DNA of 64,000 nt from an uncultured Gemmatimonadaceae bacterium (GTDB lineage Bacteria > Gemmatimonadota > Gemmatimonadetes > Gemmatimonadales > Gemmatimonadaceae): contig CAWJMB010000006.1 of NCBI GenBank assembly GCA_963843845.1, forward strand, positions 1 to 64,000, written 5' to 3'. Each line of letters begins with the position of its first letter. Position 1 is the first letter of the stretch. Below the pieces are notes generated by a model. That model was given only the letters and a program-made list of their open reading frames with translations. It was not told the origin of the DNA and did not search any database. Below are positions 33,612 to 44,296 of the stretch, one piece after another. The translations under genes and the position numbers were made by a program.

Positions 33612-35401
33612 ATGTCCCGCGTCGGTCACCTCGTCGTTCTACTCCTCGCCGCTCCCGTCGCCGCGTGGGCGCAGCGCCTCAACGAGTACGGCAACCCTGC
33701 CCGCGTCGTCCCCGCGCCGACGGCCGCCGGGATCACCGCTGCGCGACCTGCAGATCCGCCTCTACCAGTTCGCCGACGACTCGATGCAGGGGCGTCAGGT
33801 CGGGCGGGTCGGCAACACGAAGGGCACCGACTACATCGCGGCCGAGCTGAAGCGGCTCGGGCTCGTGCCGGCCGGCGACAACGGGACGTACTTCCAGGTG
33901 CTGCCCTACCACCTGCGGAAGTTCACCGACCATTCGCGGCTCACCGTCGACGGCAATCCGCTCGCGTGGAACGCCGACTGGCTCGCCGTGCCCGGCGCCC
34001 GCGCGCCGCGCCCGGTGAGCGCCGCGCGAGGTCGATCTTCGGCGGCACGGTCGGCGACACGACGACGCAGATCGGCGCCGCGCAGGCCGCCGGCAAGGTC
34101 GTCGTGCTGCTGCCCGCCGCGACGTCGGCGGCGCCGGCCGGCGGACGTGGCGGCCTTCGGCGCGCCGGCCGTCGACGCGGTTCGCCGACGCGGTCGCCGT
34201 CGCGACGGTCGACCTCGACGCCCTCACGCCGGCGCAGCGGGCGGCCATCAACGACCCGACCGTCGCGACGCAGAACGCCGGCGGGCGCGGACGGCCGGCC
34301 GCCGCAGGGAACGGCCGCCGATCGACTCGTTGACGCTGCTCAAGCAGCAGCTCGCCGCAGCTGCAGCCGCAGGCGGCGCTCCGCCTCACGCGTGTCGCCG
34401 CGCAGCGGCTGTTCACGCGGCCGCCCGCTCGACGGGCTGCGCGCCGGCACCACCGGCGGCACCGTGACCGCGTCGCTCGACTTCGTGGAGCTGCCGACCG
34501 ACTGGGCGCGCAACGTCGTCGCCATCATTCCCGGCAGCGACCCGGCGCTCCGCCACGAGTACGTCGCGATCGGCGCGCACAACGACCACGTCGGCTTCGC
34601 GGCGCCCGTCGACAAGGACTCGGTGCGCGCGTTCAACGTCGCGCGCAACCGCATGCTGCATCGCGAACCAGATGCTCGCGCTCAAGCCGGAGCAGCTCGC
34701 GACGATCCGCGTGAACATGGACAGCATCCGCCGCGCGCACCCCGACGCGCGCCTCGACTCGATCAACAACGGCGCCGACGACGACGGCTCGGGCTCGATG
34801 GGCGTCCTCGAGATCGCCGAAGCGATGATGGCGATGCCGGTGAAGCCGAAGCGCTCGACGCTGTTCGTCTGGCACACCGGCGAGGAGGCAGGGCTCGTCG
34901 GCTCGGCGTTCTTCACCGACGAACCCGACGGTGCCGATGGACTCGGTCGTCGCGCAGATCAACATCGACATGATCGGCCGCGGCCGCGCCGAGGACCTCC
35001 CGGGCGGCGGCGCCGGACTACCTCGGCGTCGTCGGCTCGTTCTTCGACTCGAAGGACCTCGGCGAGCCGGTCGCGCGCGGTCGAACAGGCAGCAGAGGAC
35101 GCCCGCTGCAGCTCGACTACAAGTACGACATCGACGCTGACGTGGTCGGGCTACAACAACATCTACGGCCGCAGCGACCACTACAACTACGCGCGTGCAG
35201 GGCGTGCCGATCGCGTTCTTCTTCACGGGCCTGCACGGCGACTATCACCAGCGGAGCGACGAGGCGGAGTTCATCGACTACCCGCACTACGCGCGGATCA
35301 CGAACTACATCCGCGACATCGTCGTCGACGTCGGGAACGGGCCGCGCCCGCGCATCAACGGCAGCCGCCCCGCGAAGCCGCCCACGGCGGTCGTGCCGTA
35401 A
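33612..35401 (+). CDS. M28 family peptidase (frameshifted)
   Basis: DDSMQGR, IGAHNDH, NGADDDGSG, HTGEEAGLVGS, NIDMIGR, RSDHYNY, HGDYH. Confidence 0.85.
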
Positions 35402-35509
35402 CGGGCCGGCGTGCTGGCGCGAGGCATGCCAGACAGCACGGGGCGACTCCGACATGCGGAGCGCCCCGTGGTTCGTGTTCTCCGTCGCCGCGTCCGCCGC
35501 AGGATTCCC

Positions 35510-37606
35510 ATGGCTTCACCGCACGCTCGCTCCTGGCGCCGCACCGCGGGTCCGGCGCTCGGCTTCGCTCTGCTCGTCGCGTGTGGAGGCGATGGCGGCA
35601 CGGCGCCGCCCGGGCAGTCGAACACGGTCAGCAGCGCGTCGACGCCGTCCGCGATCAGCGTCGTCAGCGGCAGCGGGCAGAGTGCCGCGCCGGGCAGCGC
35701 ACTCTCGGCGCCGCTCGTCGTGCGCGTGACGTCGGCGACGGGCGCCGCACTGGCGGGCGCGACCGTCGACTTCACGATCAGCGGCAGCGCCGGAACGCTG
35801 ACCGCGTCGAGTGCCGTGACGGACGCCGGCGGGCTGGCGGCCACGACGCTCACGTTGGGCGCCGCCGCCACTGCGGTGCAGGTCACCGCGACCGTCCGCG
35901 GCACGGCGCTCAACACGACGTTCTCGGCGACCGCGGCCACGCCGCCGACGAGCGCCGCGTGCGCCGCCGCACCGCTCACGCTCGCGGCCGGCCAGACCGC
36001 CGTGCTCACCGGTGCCGCGACGTGCGTCAGCGTCGCCAGCAGCGGCGAGTACGCGCTGATTCCGTACAACACGAGCCTGGACTTCGGCGCGAACGCGTCG
36101 GTCAGCTTCCTCCCCACCGGCACCTCGACGGCCGGGGCGCCGCTCGCGAGCCGCGCGCCGCTGGCGAGCGCGGGATCGGAAGGCGCCACGGCGCTCGCGT
36201 CACTCGCGGCGCGTGCCCAGGGTCTTGACGGCGCGGACCTGTCGCTGCCGGCCACGTTCGAGCGAGCGCTGCGCGAGCAGGCGCGCACCGAGCTCCGTCC
36301 GCTCCTCGCCGAGGCCAGAAGCTGGCACGCGAGTCGTAGTGCCGCGGCCGCCGGGACGCGCCGCCTCGTCATCCCGGGCACGGCGGCGGTCGGGTCGCTG
36401 TTCCAGCTGAACGTCGGCGGCGAGGGGTGCTCGAGTCCCCAGCTCCGCACGGTGCGCGTCGAGGCGGTGACGAACCGCGCGATCGTCGTCGCGGATACGC
36501 TGAACCCGTCGACCGGCTTCACGCGCCCCGACTACGAGTCGGTCGCCGTCACCTTCGACACGCTCATCGACGTCGTCGACCGCCGCAACTTCGGGGCGCC
36601 GGCCGACATCGACGGCAACGGCCGCGTCGTGCTGCTCTACACGAGCGCCGTGAACGCGCTCACCCCGCGCAACTCGGACTCGTACATCGGCGGCTACTTC
36701 AGCCCGCGCGACCTCTTCCCGACGCGCACCCGCAACGGCCTGCCGGGGTGCGCCGCGAGCAACGAAGCCGAGATGTTCTATCTGCTCGTGCCCGACCCGT
36801 CGGGGATCATCAACGGCAACCGCTTCTCGAAGGAGTTCGTCGCTCGTGTCACGTTGGGCACCGTGGCGCACGAGTACGAGCACCTCATCAACTCGTCGCG
36901 CCGCCTCTACGTCAACACGCAGGCGGAGCAGTTCGAGGAGACGTGGCTCGACGAGGGTCTCGCCCACATCGCCGAGGAGCTCGTGTTCTACGCGCGCACG
37001 GGGCTCGCGCCGGGGCGCAACATCGACGGCCCCACGCTCCGCTCGTCGATCGCGATCACGAACGCGTTCGTCGAGCAGGGGAGCGCGAACTTCCGCCGCC
37101 TCGAGACGTTCCTGAACAACCCGTCGCGCAACTCGCCGATCGCCGACAACGACTCGCTCGCCACGCGCGGCGCGACGTGGGCGTTCCTCCGCTACGCGGC
37201 CGACCAGACGCAGCCCGCGGGCGTGACCTCGCAGGAGACGATCTGGCAGCGGCTCGTGAACTCGACGACGAGCGGCATTCCGAACCTGCGCACCGTGTTC
37301 GGCAGCGACGTCGCCGGGCTGTTCCGCGACTGGGGCACGATGCTGCTACTCGACGACGTCGCCGGCGCGGCGGCGCGCTACCAGTTCCCGAGCTGGAACC
37401 TGCGCTCGGTGTTCGGCGCGCTGAACTCGTCGAACAGCTATCCGCTCCGCACGACGGTGCTCGCGAGCGGCACGACGACGAACGTGCTGCTGCCCGGCGG
37501 GAGCGTGGCCTACCTGCGGTTCGGCGTCGCGACCGGCGGGACCGGCAGCGTGTCGTGGAGCGCGCTGCCGTCGAACGTGGCGCTCACGGTGGTGCGGATC
37601 CGATGA
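35510..37606 (+). CDS. Lipoprotein with Ig-like domain and HEXXH zinc metallopeptidase (M30/hyicolysin-like)
   Basis: LVAC lipobox, Big_1-like domain, DIDGNGRV, AHEYEHLIN..WLDEGLAH. Confidence 0.8.
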   Translation: MASPHARSWRRTAGPALGFALLVACGGDGGTAPPGQSNTVSSASTPSAISVVSGSGQSAAPGSALSAPLVVRVTSATGAALAGATVDFTISGSAGTLTASSAVTDAGGLAATTLTLGAAATAVQVTATVRGTALNTTFSATAATPPTSAACAAAPLTLAAGQTAVLTGAATCVSVASSGEYALIPYNTSLDFGANASVSFLPTGTSTAGAPLASRAPLASAGSEGATALASLAARAQGLDGADLSLPATFERALREQARTELRPLLAEARSWHASRSAAAAGTRRLVIPGTAAVGSLFQLNVGGEGCSSPQLRTVRVEAVTNRAIVVADTLNPSTGFTRPDYESVAVTFDTLIDVVDRRNFGAPADIDGNGRVVLLYTSAVNALTPRNSDSYIGGYFSPRDLFPTRTRNGLPGCAASNEAEMFYLLVPDPSGIINGNRFSKEFVARVTLGTVAHEYEHLINSSRRLYVNTQAEQFEETWLDEGLAHIAEELVFYARTGLAPGRNIDGPTLRSSIAITNAFVEQGSANFRRLETFLNNPSRNSPIADNDSLATRGATWAFLRYAADQTQPAGVTSQETIWQRLVNSTTSGIPNLRTVFGSDVAGLFRDWGTMLLLDDVAGAAARYQFPSWNLRSVFGALNSSNSYPLRTTVLASGTTTNVLLPGGSVAYLRFGVATGGTGSVSWSALPSNVALTVVRIR

Positions 37607-37610
37607 AGAC

Positions 37611-37652
37611 CGAGCAGCGGTCCCGACCCGTTCGGGTCAGGACCGCTGCTCG
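37611..37652. terminator. Strong hairpin between convergent genes (possible bidirectional terminator)
   Basis: CGAGCAGCGGTCCCGACCCG-TT-CGGGTCAGGACCGCTGCTCG; no clear U-tract. Confidence 0.6.
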
Positions 37653-37671
37653 TGCATCGGGTATCCGGTCG

Positions 37672-37875
37672 TTACGCCGCCCGCTCGAATCCGTCGCACC
37701 CGCTCAGCGGCGTCACGACGAGGTGCAGCGCCGCGTGCCTCGGGTGCCCGCACTCGTCGGTGAGCGTCTCCGGAGCCTGGCGCTTCGCCCGGATCTGCGT
37801 CAGCTGCGAATCGTCGCCGTGATGCTCACCGAAATGTGCGCAAAGCCCGCACTGGCCATCCTGAAGATTCTGCAT
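37672..37875 (-). CDS. Small four-Cys protein (HiPIP-like spacing)
   Basis: GGAGG RBS; CGLCAHF..ECGHP..VTPLSGCDGF. Confidence 0.7.
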   Translation of the reverse strand: MQNLQDGQCGLCAHFGEHHGDDSQLTQIRAKRQAPETLTDECGHPRHAALHLVVTPLSGCDGFERAA

Positions 37876-38039
37876 CGCCCGCCTCCTGGTGATCGCGTTG
37901 TGGTCTACGCCCCCACGACAGTGCAACATCCGGGCGCAGTCGGCCGTACCGCCACGCCACGAGACCGGCCAGGGACGCGCCGACCGTCGCACCGGCGCCA
38001 CGGTGACATCGCGCCGACGTCGCTCTAGGTTGGCTCATC

Positions 38040-38264
38040 ATGACTGCCCACCCGCTCAGCTCCGCTCAGGTCGACGCGCTGCTCCGGAGCGATCCGCGAA
38101 CGGCCGCGGCGGACATGTTCGTGCTCCGCGACACACTGCTCCGACTCGGCGACGCGTGGGTGGAGCTGGCCGACGCGGCGACCCACCTACGCGCCGCGGC
38201 CGACGACCTCGCGCAGGCCCGCCGTCTGCCTCCCCTCCCCCCGATCGCTCCGCGCGCCGACTGA
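38040..38264 (+). CDS. Small hypothetical protein
   Basis: 74-aa helical ORF. Confidence 0.45.
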   Translation: MTAHPLSSAQVDALLRSDPRTAAADMFVLRDTLLRLGDAWVELADAATHLRAAADDLAQARRLPPLPPIAPRAD

Positions 38265-38323
38265 GCCGCGGCCGCTCCACCCGCCGCACCCGCCGCACCC
38301 GCCGCATTCGCAGCTTCCGTCGC

Positions 38324-38734
38324 ATGACCGCAGCCCTCGACGAGCGCCCCGACCGGCACCGCTGGACGCTGGACGACCACCGCGTCACGCAGCTCGTCGT
38401 CGAGCTGGGCGCGGTGCGGCTCGCGACGTGGACGCTGCACGCCTCGATCGAGCTGCGGCTCGGCGTGCCGTTCGTGATCCAGCAGGCGGACGGTGTCGCC
38501 CGCGACGCCGACCCCGACGAGCCCGAGCAGCTCGCCCCGCTGCTCACGCTCGTCGGCCGGTGGCTGGAGACCCTCACCGTGACCGCCGACGCCGAGCTGA
38601 CCGTGACGTTCAGCGACGGCACGATCCTCACTGTGCGCCCCGACCGCCGCTACGAGGCGTGGCAGGTGCAGGGTGGCGGCGCGCTCGAGGGCGTATCCTA
38701 CGTCGCCCGTCCCGGCGGCGAGCGGCCGTACTGA
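38324..38734 (+). CDS. DUF6188-like hypothetical protein
   Basis: LAPLLTLVG..ELTVTFSDGTILTVRPDRRYEAWQV. Confidence 0.7.
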   Translation: MTAALDERPDRHRWTLDDHRVTQLVVELGAVRLATWTLHASIELRLGVPFVIQQADGVARDADPDEPEQLAPLLTLVGRWLETLTVTADAELTVTFSDGTILTVRPDRRYEAWQVQGGGALEGVSYVARPGGERPY

Positions 38735-38824
38735 CGCCGTCGGCGGGCGAGGGCCGGGTCGGGTCGTCGCGGCGGCGGTGAAGCCGGACCACTCCGGACC
38801 GGCCCATCCTCTCGCATTCGCATC

Positions 38825-39382
38825 GTGCCCCTCTCGCTCGATCTCCAGTTTCGCTCGGCGAGCCCGGCCGATGCCGCGCTGCTCGTCGACGTGATGCGCC
38901 GCACGTTCCGCGACACGTACTCCGAGCGGTTCGGCGGCGTCTGCCGCGACGTCGACGTCGAGCACTACGTCGCCGAGTCGTTCTCCGAGCCGCAGCAGCG
39001 CGCCGAGCTGGAGGACCCCGAGCGCCAGACCATCTTCGCCGAGGTCGACGGCGTCGTCGCCGGCTTCGCGCAGGTCCAGGAGGGGGCGGCGCCCATGTAC
39101 CGCGCGGCCGGCGTCGTCGGCGCGCGGCCGGTCGAGGTCGCTCGCTTCTACGTCGACCGGCCGTGGCAGGGTCGGGGCGTCGCCTGGCCCCTCATGCAGC
39201 AGTGCATCGCCTGCGCGCCCGGCGCGGACCCGCTCTGGCTCGGCGTGTTCGAGCGGAACGCGCGGGCGAGGGCGTTCTACGCGAAGTGCGGCTTCGTCCC
39301 CGTCGGCCGCGCGCTCTTCCAGCTGGGCGACGACCTGCAGGAGGACTGGATTCTGGCGCGCCCGCGCAACACCGCTGGCTGA
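38825..39382 (+). CDS. GNAT N-acetyltransferase (PaiA-like)
   Basis: RFYVDRPWQGRGVA, LWLGVFERNARARAFYAKCGF. Confidence 0.88.
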   Translation: MPLSLDLQFRSASPADAALLVDVMRRTFRDTYSERFGGVCRDVDVEHYVAESFSEPQQRAELEDPERQTIFAEVDGVVAGFAQVQEGAAPMYRAAGVVGARPVEVARFYVDRPWQGRGVAWPLMQQCIACAPGADPLWLGVFERNARARAFYAKCGFVPVGRALFQLGDDLQEDWILARPRNTAG

Positions 39383-39530
39383 CGCGGTGTACTCGATGCA
39401 GATTCAAGACGTCGCAGGGAACGCCGTGACGGCACGCACGAGTCTGGAGTCGTAGCTGTTGTCGCAGTCAGCGATCGGGCCACTTTCCGCGAGTGTTCAT
39501 GTGATTGGCGACGTCCGACTTCGGCCCTTC

Positions 39531-39866
39531 ATGGCGACTCCTGCTACGACGCACAGCCTCAGCAATTGGCAGCGGCGCACCGTCGAGACGGTCGTCTCGC
39601 TGCTCGCGTTCGCCATCTGGGGGCAGTTGGCGTACATCGGCGGTGTCCGCCTGTTCTGGCGCATGAACGGTGGCGAGCTCGGCGGCTCGATCTGGTTCGA
39701 CCTGGCGAGCTTCGTCATCGGCGTGTCGGGGAGCGTCGCAGGGGTCGCCGCCGTCTGGGCGCTCGGCATGCGACTCATCGGGAAGATGCCGTCGTCGATC
39801 GTCGGCGCGCCCGACGATTCCCCCGAGGACTATCCGCAGGCGCGGCGCGCGAGCGGAGCGCCGTAG
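39531..39866 (+). CDS. Small two-TM membrane protein
   Basis: Two hydrophobic segments. Confidence 0.55.
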   Translation: MATPATTHSLSNWQRRTVETVVSLLAFAIWGQLAYIGGVRLFWRMNGGELGGSIWFDLASFVIGVSGSVAGVAAVWALGMRLIGKMPSSIVGAPDDSPEDYPQARRASGAP

Positions 39867-39980
39867 CGCCGACGCACGGATGTGCGATCGCCACGGGCCG
39901 CGAGACACGTTCTCGCGGCCCGTCGTCGTTCGACGGAGGATCGCTGGCGTCCACAGCAGTTCGCGCGTGGCTCGAGCGGT

Positions 39981-40055
39981 CTCGACAGAAGGAACCGAAG
40001 GCACGGAAGACCCGCTCGCGTCCTCTCTTCCGTGCCTTCTGTTCCTTCTGTCGAG
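39981..40055. repeat. 30-bp-arm inverted repeat built from 9-mer subrepeats
   Basis: CTCGACAGAAGGAACCGAAGGCACGGAAGA ... TCTTCCGTGCCTTCTGTTCCTTCTGTCGAG, one mismatch. Confidence 0.8.
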
Positions 40056-40097
40056 CACTACCGCACCGCATCCGCGATCTGCTCTAGATTGCGCCCG

Positions 40098-41351
40098 ATG
40101 TCGTCACGCACCAGGCACGACCCGTACGCCGCGCTGCGCATCCCGAACTTCCGACGTTACACGGCCGGCGTGCTCGCGCTCACGCTGTCGACGCAGGTAC
40201 AGGGGGTCGTCGTCGCGTGGCAGATCTACGACGTCACCCACGACCCGCTGTCGTTGGGTCTCATCGGACTGGCCGAGGCCCTGCCGTTCATCGGAATCGC
40301 GCTGTTCGCGGGGCACGTCGCGGACCGTGTGGACCGCCGGCGGCTCGCGTTGGGCGCGACGCTGCTGCTGCTCGCCTGCTCGCTCGCCCTGCTCGCCCTC
40401 GCCTGGTTCCCGCCGCGCACATCGACGTTCGTGCGCGCCGTCTACGGCATCATCTTCGTGAGCGGGGTCGCGCGCAGCTTCCTGCAGCCGGCGCGCATCG
40501 GGCTCAGCTCCGAGCTCGTCCCCCGCGACCTGCTGCCGAGTGCGGTGACGTGGCGAAGCGTGACGTGGCAGGTCGCGGCGGTCGGCGGACCCGCGTTCGG
40601 CGGGCTGCTCTACGGCTTCGCCGGCGCGACCGCCGCCTACGAGCTCGACGCGGCGCTCATGGTGCTCGCGCTGGTCGCGTTCGCGCTCATGCGCCACCGC
40701 TCCCCCGCTCGCGCCGCGGCTGCCGGATCGATCGGCGAGAGTCTGCTCACAGGATTGCGCTTCGTGCGCCGCCAGCCGGTGATCCTCGGTGCGATGACGC
40801 TCGATCTGTTCTCGGTGCTGTTCGGCGGCGCCGTCGCTCTGCTCCCCGTGTTCGCCGACCGGATCTTGCACGTCGGGCCCGAGGGGCTCGGCGTGCTGCG
40901 CGCGGCGCCGGCGGCGGGAGCGGTCGTGATGTCGCTCATCCTCGCCCACCGGCCGCCGATCCGGCGCGCGGGGCCGACGCTGTTGACCGTCGTCGCGCTG
41001 TTCGGGCTCAGCATGATCGGCTTCGGACTGTCGCGCAGCTATCCGCTGTCGGTCGCGCTGCTGTTCGTGAGCGGCCTCGTCGACATGGTGAGCGTCGTCA
41101 TCCGCTCGACGCTGCTGCAACTGTACACGCCGGACGAGCTGCTGGGCCGCGTGAGCAGCGTGAACCAGATCTTCATCGGCAGCAGCAACGAGATCGGTGC
41201 GTTCGAGAGCGGCGTCGCGGCGAAACTGCTCGGCGCGGTGCCGTCGGTCGTCGTCGGCGGCGCGTTGACGCTCGTCGTCGTCGCGGCGGTCGGCTGGGGC
41301 GTGCCGACGCTGCGCCGTCTGCGCGCGATCGAGGCGCCCGCGCCGGCGTGA
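40098..41351 (+). CDS. MFS transporter (EntS/DHA3-like)
   Basis: About 12 TMs, GHVADRVDRRR, TPDELLGRVSSV. Confidence 0.9.
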   Translation: MSSRTRHDPYAALRIPNFRRYTAGVLALTLSTQVQGVVVAWQIYDVTHDPLSLGLIGLAEALPFIGIALFAGHVADRVDRRRLALGATLLLLACSLALLALAWFPPRTSTFVRAVYGIIFVSGVARSFLQPARIGLSSELVPRDLLPSAVTWRSVTWQVAAVGGPAFGGLLYGFAGATAAYELDAALMVLALVAFALMRHRSPARAAAAGSIGESLLTGLRFVRRQPVILGAMTLDLFSVLFGGAVALLPVFADRILHVGPEGLGVLRAAPAAGAVVMSLILAHRPPIRRAGPTLLTVVALFGLSMIGFGLSRSYPLSVALLFVSGLVDMVSVVIRSTLLQLYTPDELLGRVSSVNQIFIGSSNEIGAFESGVAAKLLGAVPSVVVGGALTLVVVAAVGWGVPTLRRLRAIEAPAPA

Positions 41352-41403
41352 TCGGCCGGCGTCATCGCTGTATGTTCTCGCAGCCCTTTACCGAGAGCTC
41401 GTC

Positions 41404-42240
41404 ATGACTCCCGTGTTCGTGTCTCCGCGCCGCGTCGCGCCGCCGACGCCGCTGACGTCGCTGGCGCTGTGTCTCACGGTCTCCACGCTCGCCGCCTGCG
41501 CCCGCACGACGGTGGTGCAGACCGCGCCGCCGGCGCCGCGCATCACGACCGGCGCCGCGGTCTTGCAGGCGATGCACGACCGCTACGCCACGACGTGGTA
41601 CCGCACGCTGACGTTTCGCCAGCTCACGACGCAGGTGCCGCCAGGCGGCGGCGCCGAGCGAACGACGACGTGGTACGAGACGATGATGGTGCCGGGGCGG
41701 CTGCGCATCGACACCGACCTCGCGCGCGGCGGCGGGCAACTGTTCGCGAACGACAGTCAGTACGTCGTCGTCAACAACGCGGTACGGCGCGCCGCCGCCG
41801 GCCACAACCCCCTCCTCGTGTTCGGCTTCGACGTCTACGCGCAGGCGCCGGCGCGCACGGCGCAGGTCCTCGCGTCGTTGGGCTTCCCCGACGGGCCGGT
41901 GCGCGAGGGGACGTGGCTCGATCGCCCCGTCTGGATCGTCGGCGGGGGGCCGACCGATCTGCACTCGCCGCAGTACTGGATCGACAGGGAGCGGCTCGTC
42001 TTCGTGCGCTCGCTCCAGCCGTCGCCGTCGGACACGTCGAAGACGTACGACGTGCGCTTTCTCGACTACCGACCGGCCGGTGGAGGCTGGATCGCCCCGC
42101 GCGTCGAGGCGTACGTCGGAGGGCAGAAGATCCTCACCGAGGTGTACGAGGATGTGCGGGTCGATCCGGCAGTCAGCGAGGCGTTGTTCGATCCGAAACG
42201 GTGGGGAACGGCGCCGCACTGGGCGAAGGGTTCTCGCTGA
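41404..42240 (+). CDS. Lipoprotein, LolA-like fold (putative)
   Basis: LAAC lipobox; WYRTLTFRQ..PGRLRID..QYWIDRERL..LFDP. Confidence 0.65.
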   Translation: MTPVFVSPRRVAPPTPLTSLALCLTVSTLAACARTTVVQTAPPAPRITTGAAVLQAMHDRYATTWYRTLTFRQLTTQVPPGGGAERTTTWYETMMVPGRLRIDTDLARGGGQLFANDSQYVVVNNAVRRAAAGHNPLLVFGFDVYAQAPARTAQVLASLGFPDGPVREGTWLDRPVWIVGGGPTDLHSPQYWIDRERLVFVRSLQPSPSDTSKTYDVRFLDYRPAGGGWIAPRVEAYVGGQKILTEVYEDVRVDPAVSEALFDPKRWGTAPHWAKGSR

Positions 42241-42440
42241 CCTGCGGAACCGACTGCCGAACGGCGGGACTCACGACGCGACGGCGGGACTCACGGCGAT
42301 ACGGCGGGGCTGGACACGCGGAACGCGACCGCGACGGCGGAACGCACCGGCAGTCGCGGGACACGAGCTGCGGGGTGTCGGCCATCCAGCAGATCGTCCG
42401 CAGGTCGCACCCGCCGGCGCGGCCGCATCCCGCCGTCGAC
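42241..42440. repeat. Third copy of the GACGGCGGGACT repeat family
   Basis: CCGAACGGCGGGACTCAC, CGGCGGGGCTGGAC, CGCGGAACGC, GCCATCCAGC, CATCCCGCCGT shared with 4405-4812. Confidence 0.75.
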
Positions 42441-42443
42441 CCC

Positions 42444-42692
42444 TCATGACGCCTCGCGCTCGTCCGCCTCGTCATCGACCGAGTCGGCCTCGAGCAGATG
42501 CAGCGCCCGCACGGCATCGCGATGCCGGACCGCGAGCCGCACCCCGTGCAGCCACGACAGCGCCACCTGCATCCCGCCCGCGTCGTCGCGCAGCAGCATC
42601 GACGGAATGTCGTGCGCGCGGAGCACGGCCTGCGCGACGAGCGCGTCCGTCTCGCTCGCGAACGTCGTGATGACGACCGGCGTGTCCGACAT
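42444..42692 (-). CDS. DUF2007 putative signal-transducing protein
   Basis: TFASETDALVAQAVLRAHDIP..GVRLAV..DAVRALHLL. Confidence 0.8.
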   Translation of the reverse strand: MSDTPVVITTFASETDALVAQAVLRAHDIPSMLLRDDAGGMQVALSWLHGVRLAVRHRDAVRALHLLEADSVDDEADEREAS

Positions 42693-42706
42693 CGCGGCGC
42701 TCCTTC

Positions 42707-44266
42707 CTAACGCGCCGCCGCCGCTTCGGCGATGCCGATGGGCGTGGTCGTGATGCCGCGCGGCAGGCCGGCGCGTCGCGTCGCATGTCGCCGCATCGCG
42801 TAGAGCAGCTGCGCGTACGCGACGTCGTCCGCCGAGGCCCGACCGCCGCCGACGCCGCTCGCGACCGGGTGCATGACCGACGTCCACCCCTCCCCGGCGT
42901 GCCCGATGCCGAGCGCGTGCAGCAGCTCGTGCGTGACGATCGCGGGGGCGGCGAGCAGCGCACGGCTCTGCACGGCGACGGTGGCGCCGCCGACGTCGCC
43001 GTCGCCGCTCCAGCCGATCGTCGTGAGGCCGGCGGCGCGCATGCGCGGATCGACCGCGACGACGATGCCGGCGAATCCCGGCGCGTCGGCGGACGCGTCG
43101 TCCGACGCCGTGCGCAGCGGCAGCGTGGCCGGCCGGAACAGGGGCCGCCCCCAGTCGCGCTCGAGCTGACGGGCGATCGACCAGAACGCGACCGAATCCC
43201 CGGCGCTCGGCGCGCTGTTGCGATGGTGATCGAACGCGACCGCGAGCGGAAGCTGTGCCGCGTCCCACCCGACCGCGGCGCCAGCGGCTGGAACGAGGTC
43301 GCTCCCGTCGCGCGCCACATGCCACACTCGGCGGCCGTCGCGAGCGCGACGCTGTGCGATCGCCGGCTCGATCGAGACGGCAGTGCCGGCGTAGCTCCCC
43401 GTCGTGATGCGCCACTGCCGCGGCAGGAGCAGCGCGTCGAGCGTCGCCAGCCGGTCGACGGGTGCGTCGAACAGCTCGGCGGGGGCGTGCGCGTCGTCGA
43501 GAGGCTCGATGCGAACGGTGAGGCGCGTGTCGGTGAGGTGCGCGGACCGGAACGCGAACGTGCCGTCGCGATCGGTGAGCGTCGAGTCCGTCGTGCGCGG
43601 TCCACGGACGATGACCCGCGCGCGGATCGGGACCCCGTCCGCCGCGGCGACCACCCGGCCGCGTACGGCCGGCAACACGGTGACCGACCTGACGGTCTGT
43701 CCGACGCGGCGCCACGCGACGACGTCGGTCGTTCCCGGCGCGTGCGCGACGACGCGCCCTCCCGAGACGGAGGCGACCGGCGCGTCGACCGACGACCAGC
43801 GCAGGTCGCGCTCGATCGACGGCGGCGTGCCCTCGGGGGCCGGCGGGGCGGGGAGCGCGAGGGTGTCGCCGACCCAGAGCGTGACGGCAGGAGCGATCGC
43901 CGTCGTGAACGGAATCACGCGCGTCGGCAGGTCGGCGAGATCCGGCGGGCGGAACGAATCGGTCGGCGCCGGCGCGCCCGACGGGGCCCCTTCCGCTCGC
44001 GATGTCTCGTTCGGCGCCGCGCGCTGTGGTGCCATGCCGACGCGTCGAGGATCAGTCGAGCGCAGCCATGTCGAGACCCCGGCGGGCCGTGACAGCCGAG
44101 CGCCCGCCTCGAGCCGACGATCGCCGACCGCGTCGTGCCGGAGTCGCCGCAGCGCGTCCGCCAGCGGCAGCGCGGTCGAGTCGCGGCCGCTCGGCGCGCA
44201 GGCGGCGAGACTCTGCACGAGACTCCCCGCGACGACGATCGCGCCGGCGCGCACCGCACGTCTCAC
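42707..44266 (-). CDS. Lipoprotein with Ig-like domains and metzincin metalloprotease
   Basis: LAAC lipobox, WSSVDAPVASV Big_2, HELLHALGIGH plus SVMHP Met-turn. Confidence 0.75.
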   Translation of the reverse strand: MRRAVRAGAIVVAGSLVQSLAACAPSGRDSTALPLADALRRLRHDAVGDRRLEAGARLSRPAGVSTWLRSTDPRRVGMAPQRAAPNETSRAEGAPSGAPAPTDSFRPPDLADLPTRVIPFTTAIAPAVTLWVGDTLALPAPPAPEGTPPSIERDLRWSSVDAPVASVSGGRVVAHAPGTTDVVAWRRVGQTVRSVTVLPAVRGRVVAAADGVPIRARVIVRGPRTTDSTLTDRDGTFAFRSAHLTDTRLTVRIEPLDDAHAPAELFDAPVDRLATLDALLLPRQWRITTGSYAGTAVSIEPAIAQRRARDGRRVWHVARDGSDLVPAAGAAVGWDAAQLPLAVAFDHHRNSAPSAGDSVAFWSIARQLERDWGRPLFRPATLPLRTASDDASADAPGFAGIVVAVDPRMRAAGLTTIGWSGDGDVGGATVAVQSRALLAAPAIVTHELLHALGIGHAGEGWTSVMHPVASGVGGGRASADDVAYAQLLYAMRRHATRRAGLPRGITTTPIGIAEAAAAR

Positions 44267-44296
44267 CGTACCTCCTTCATCAGCACACCGCTCCGG

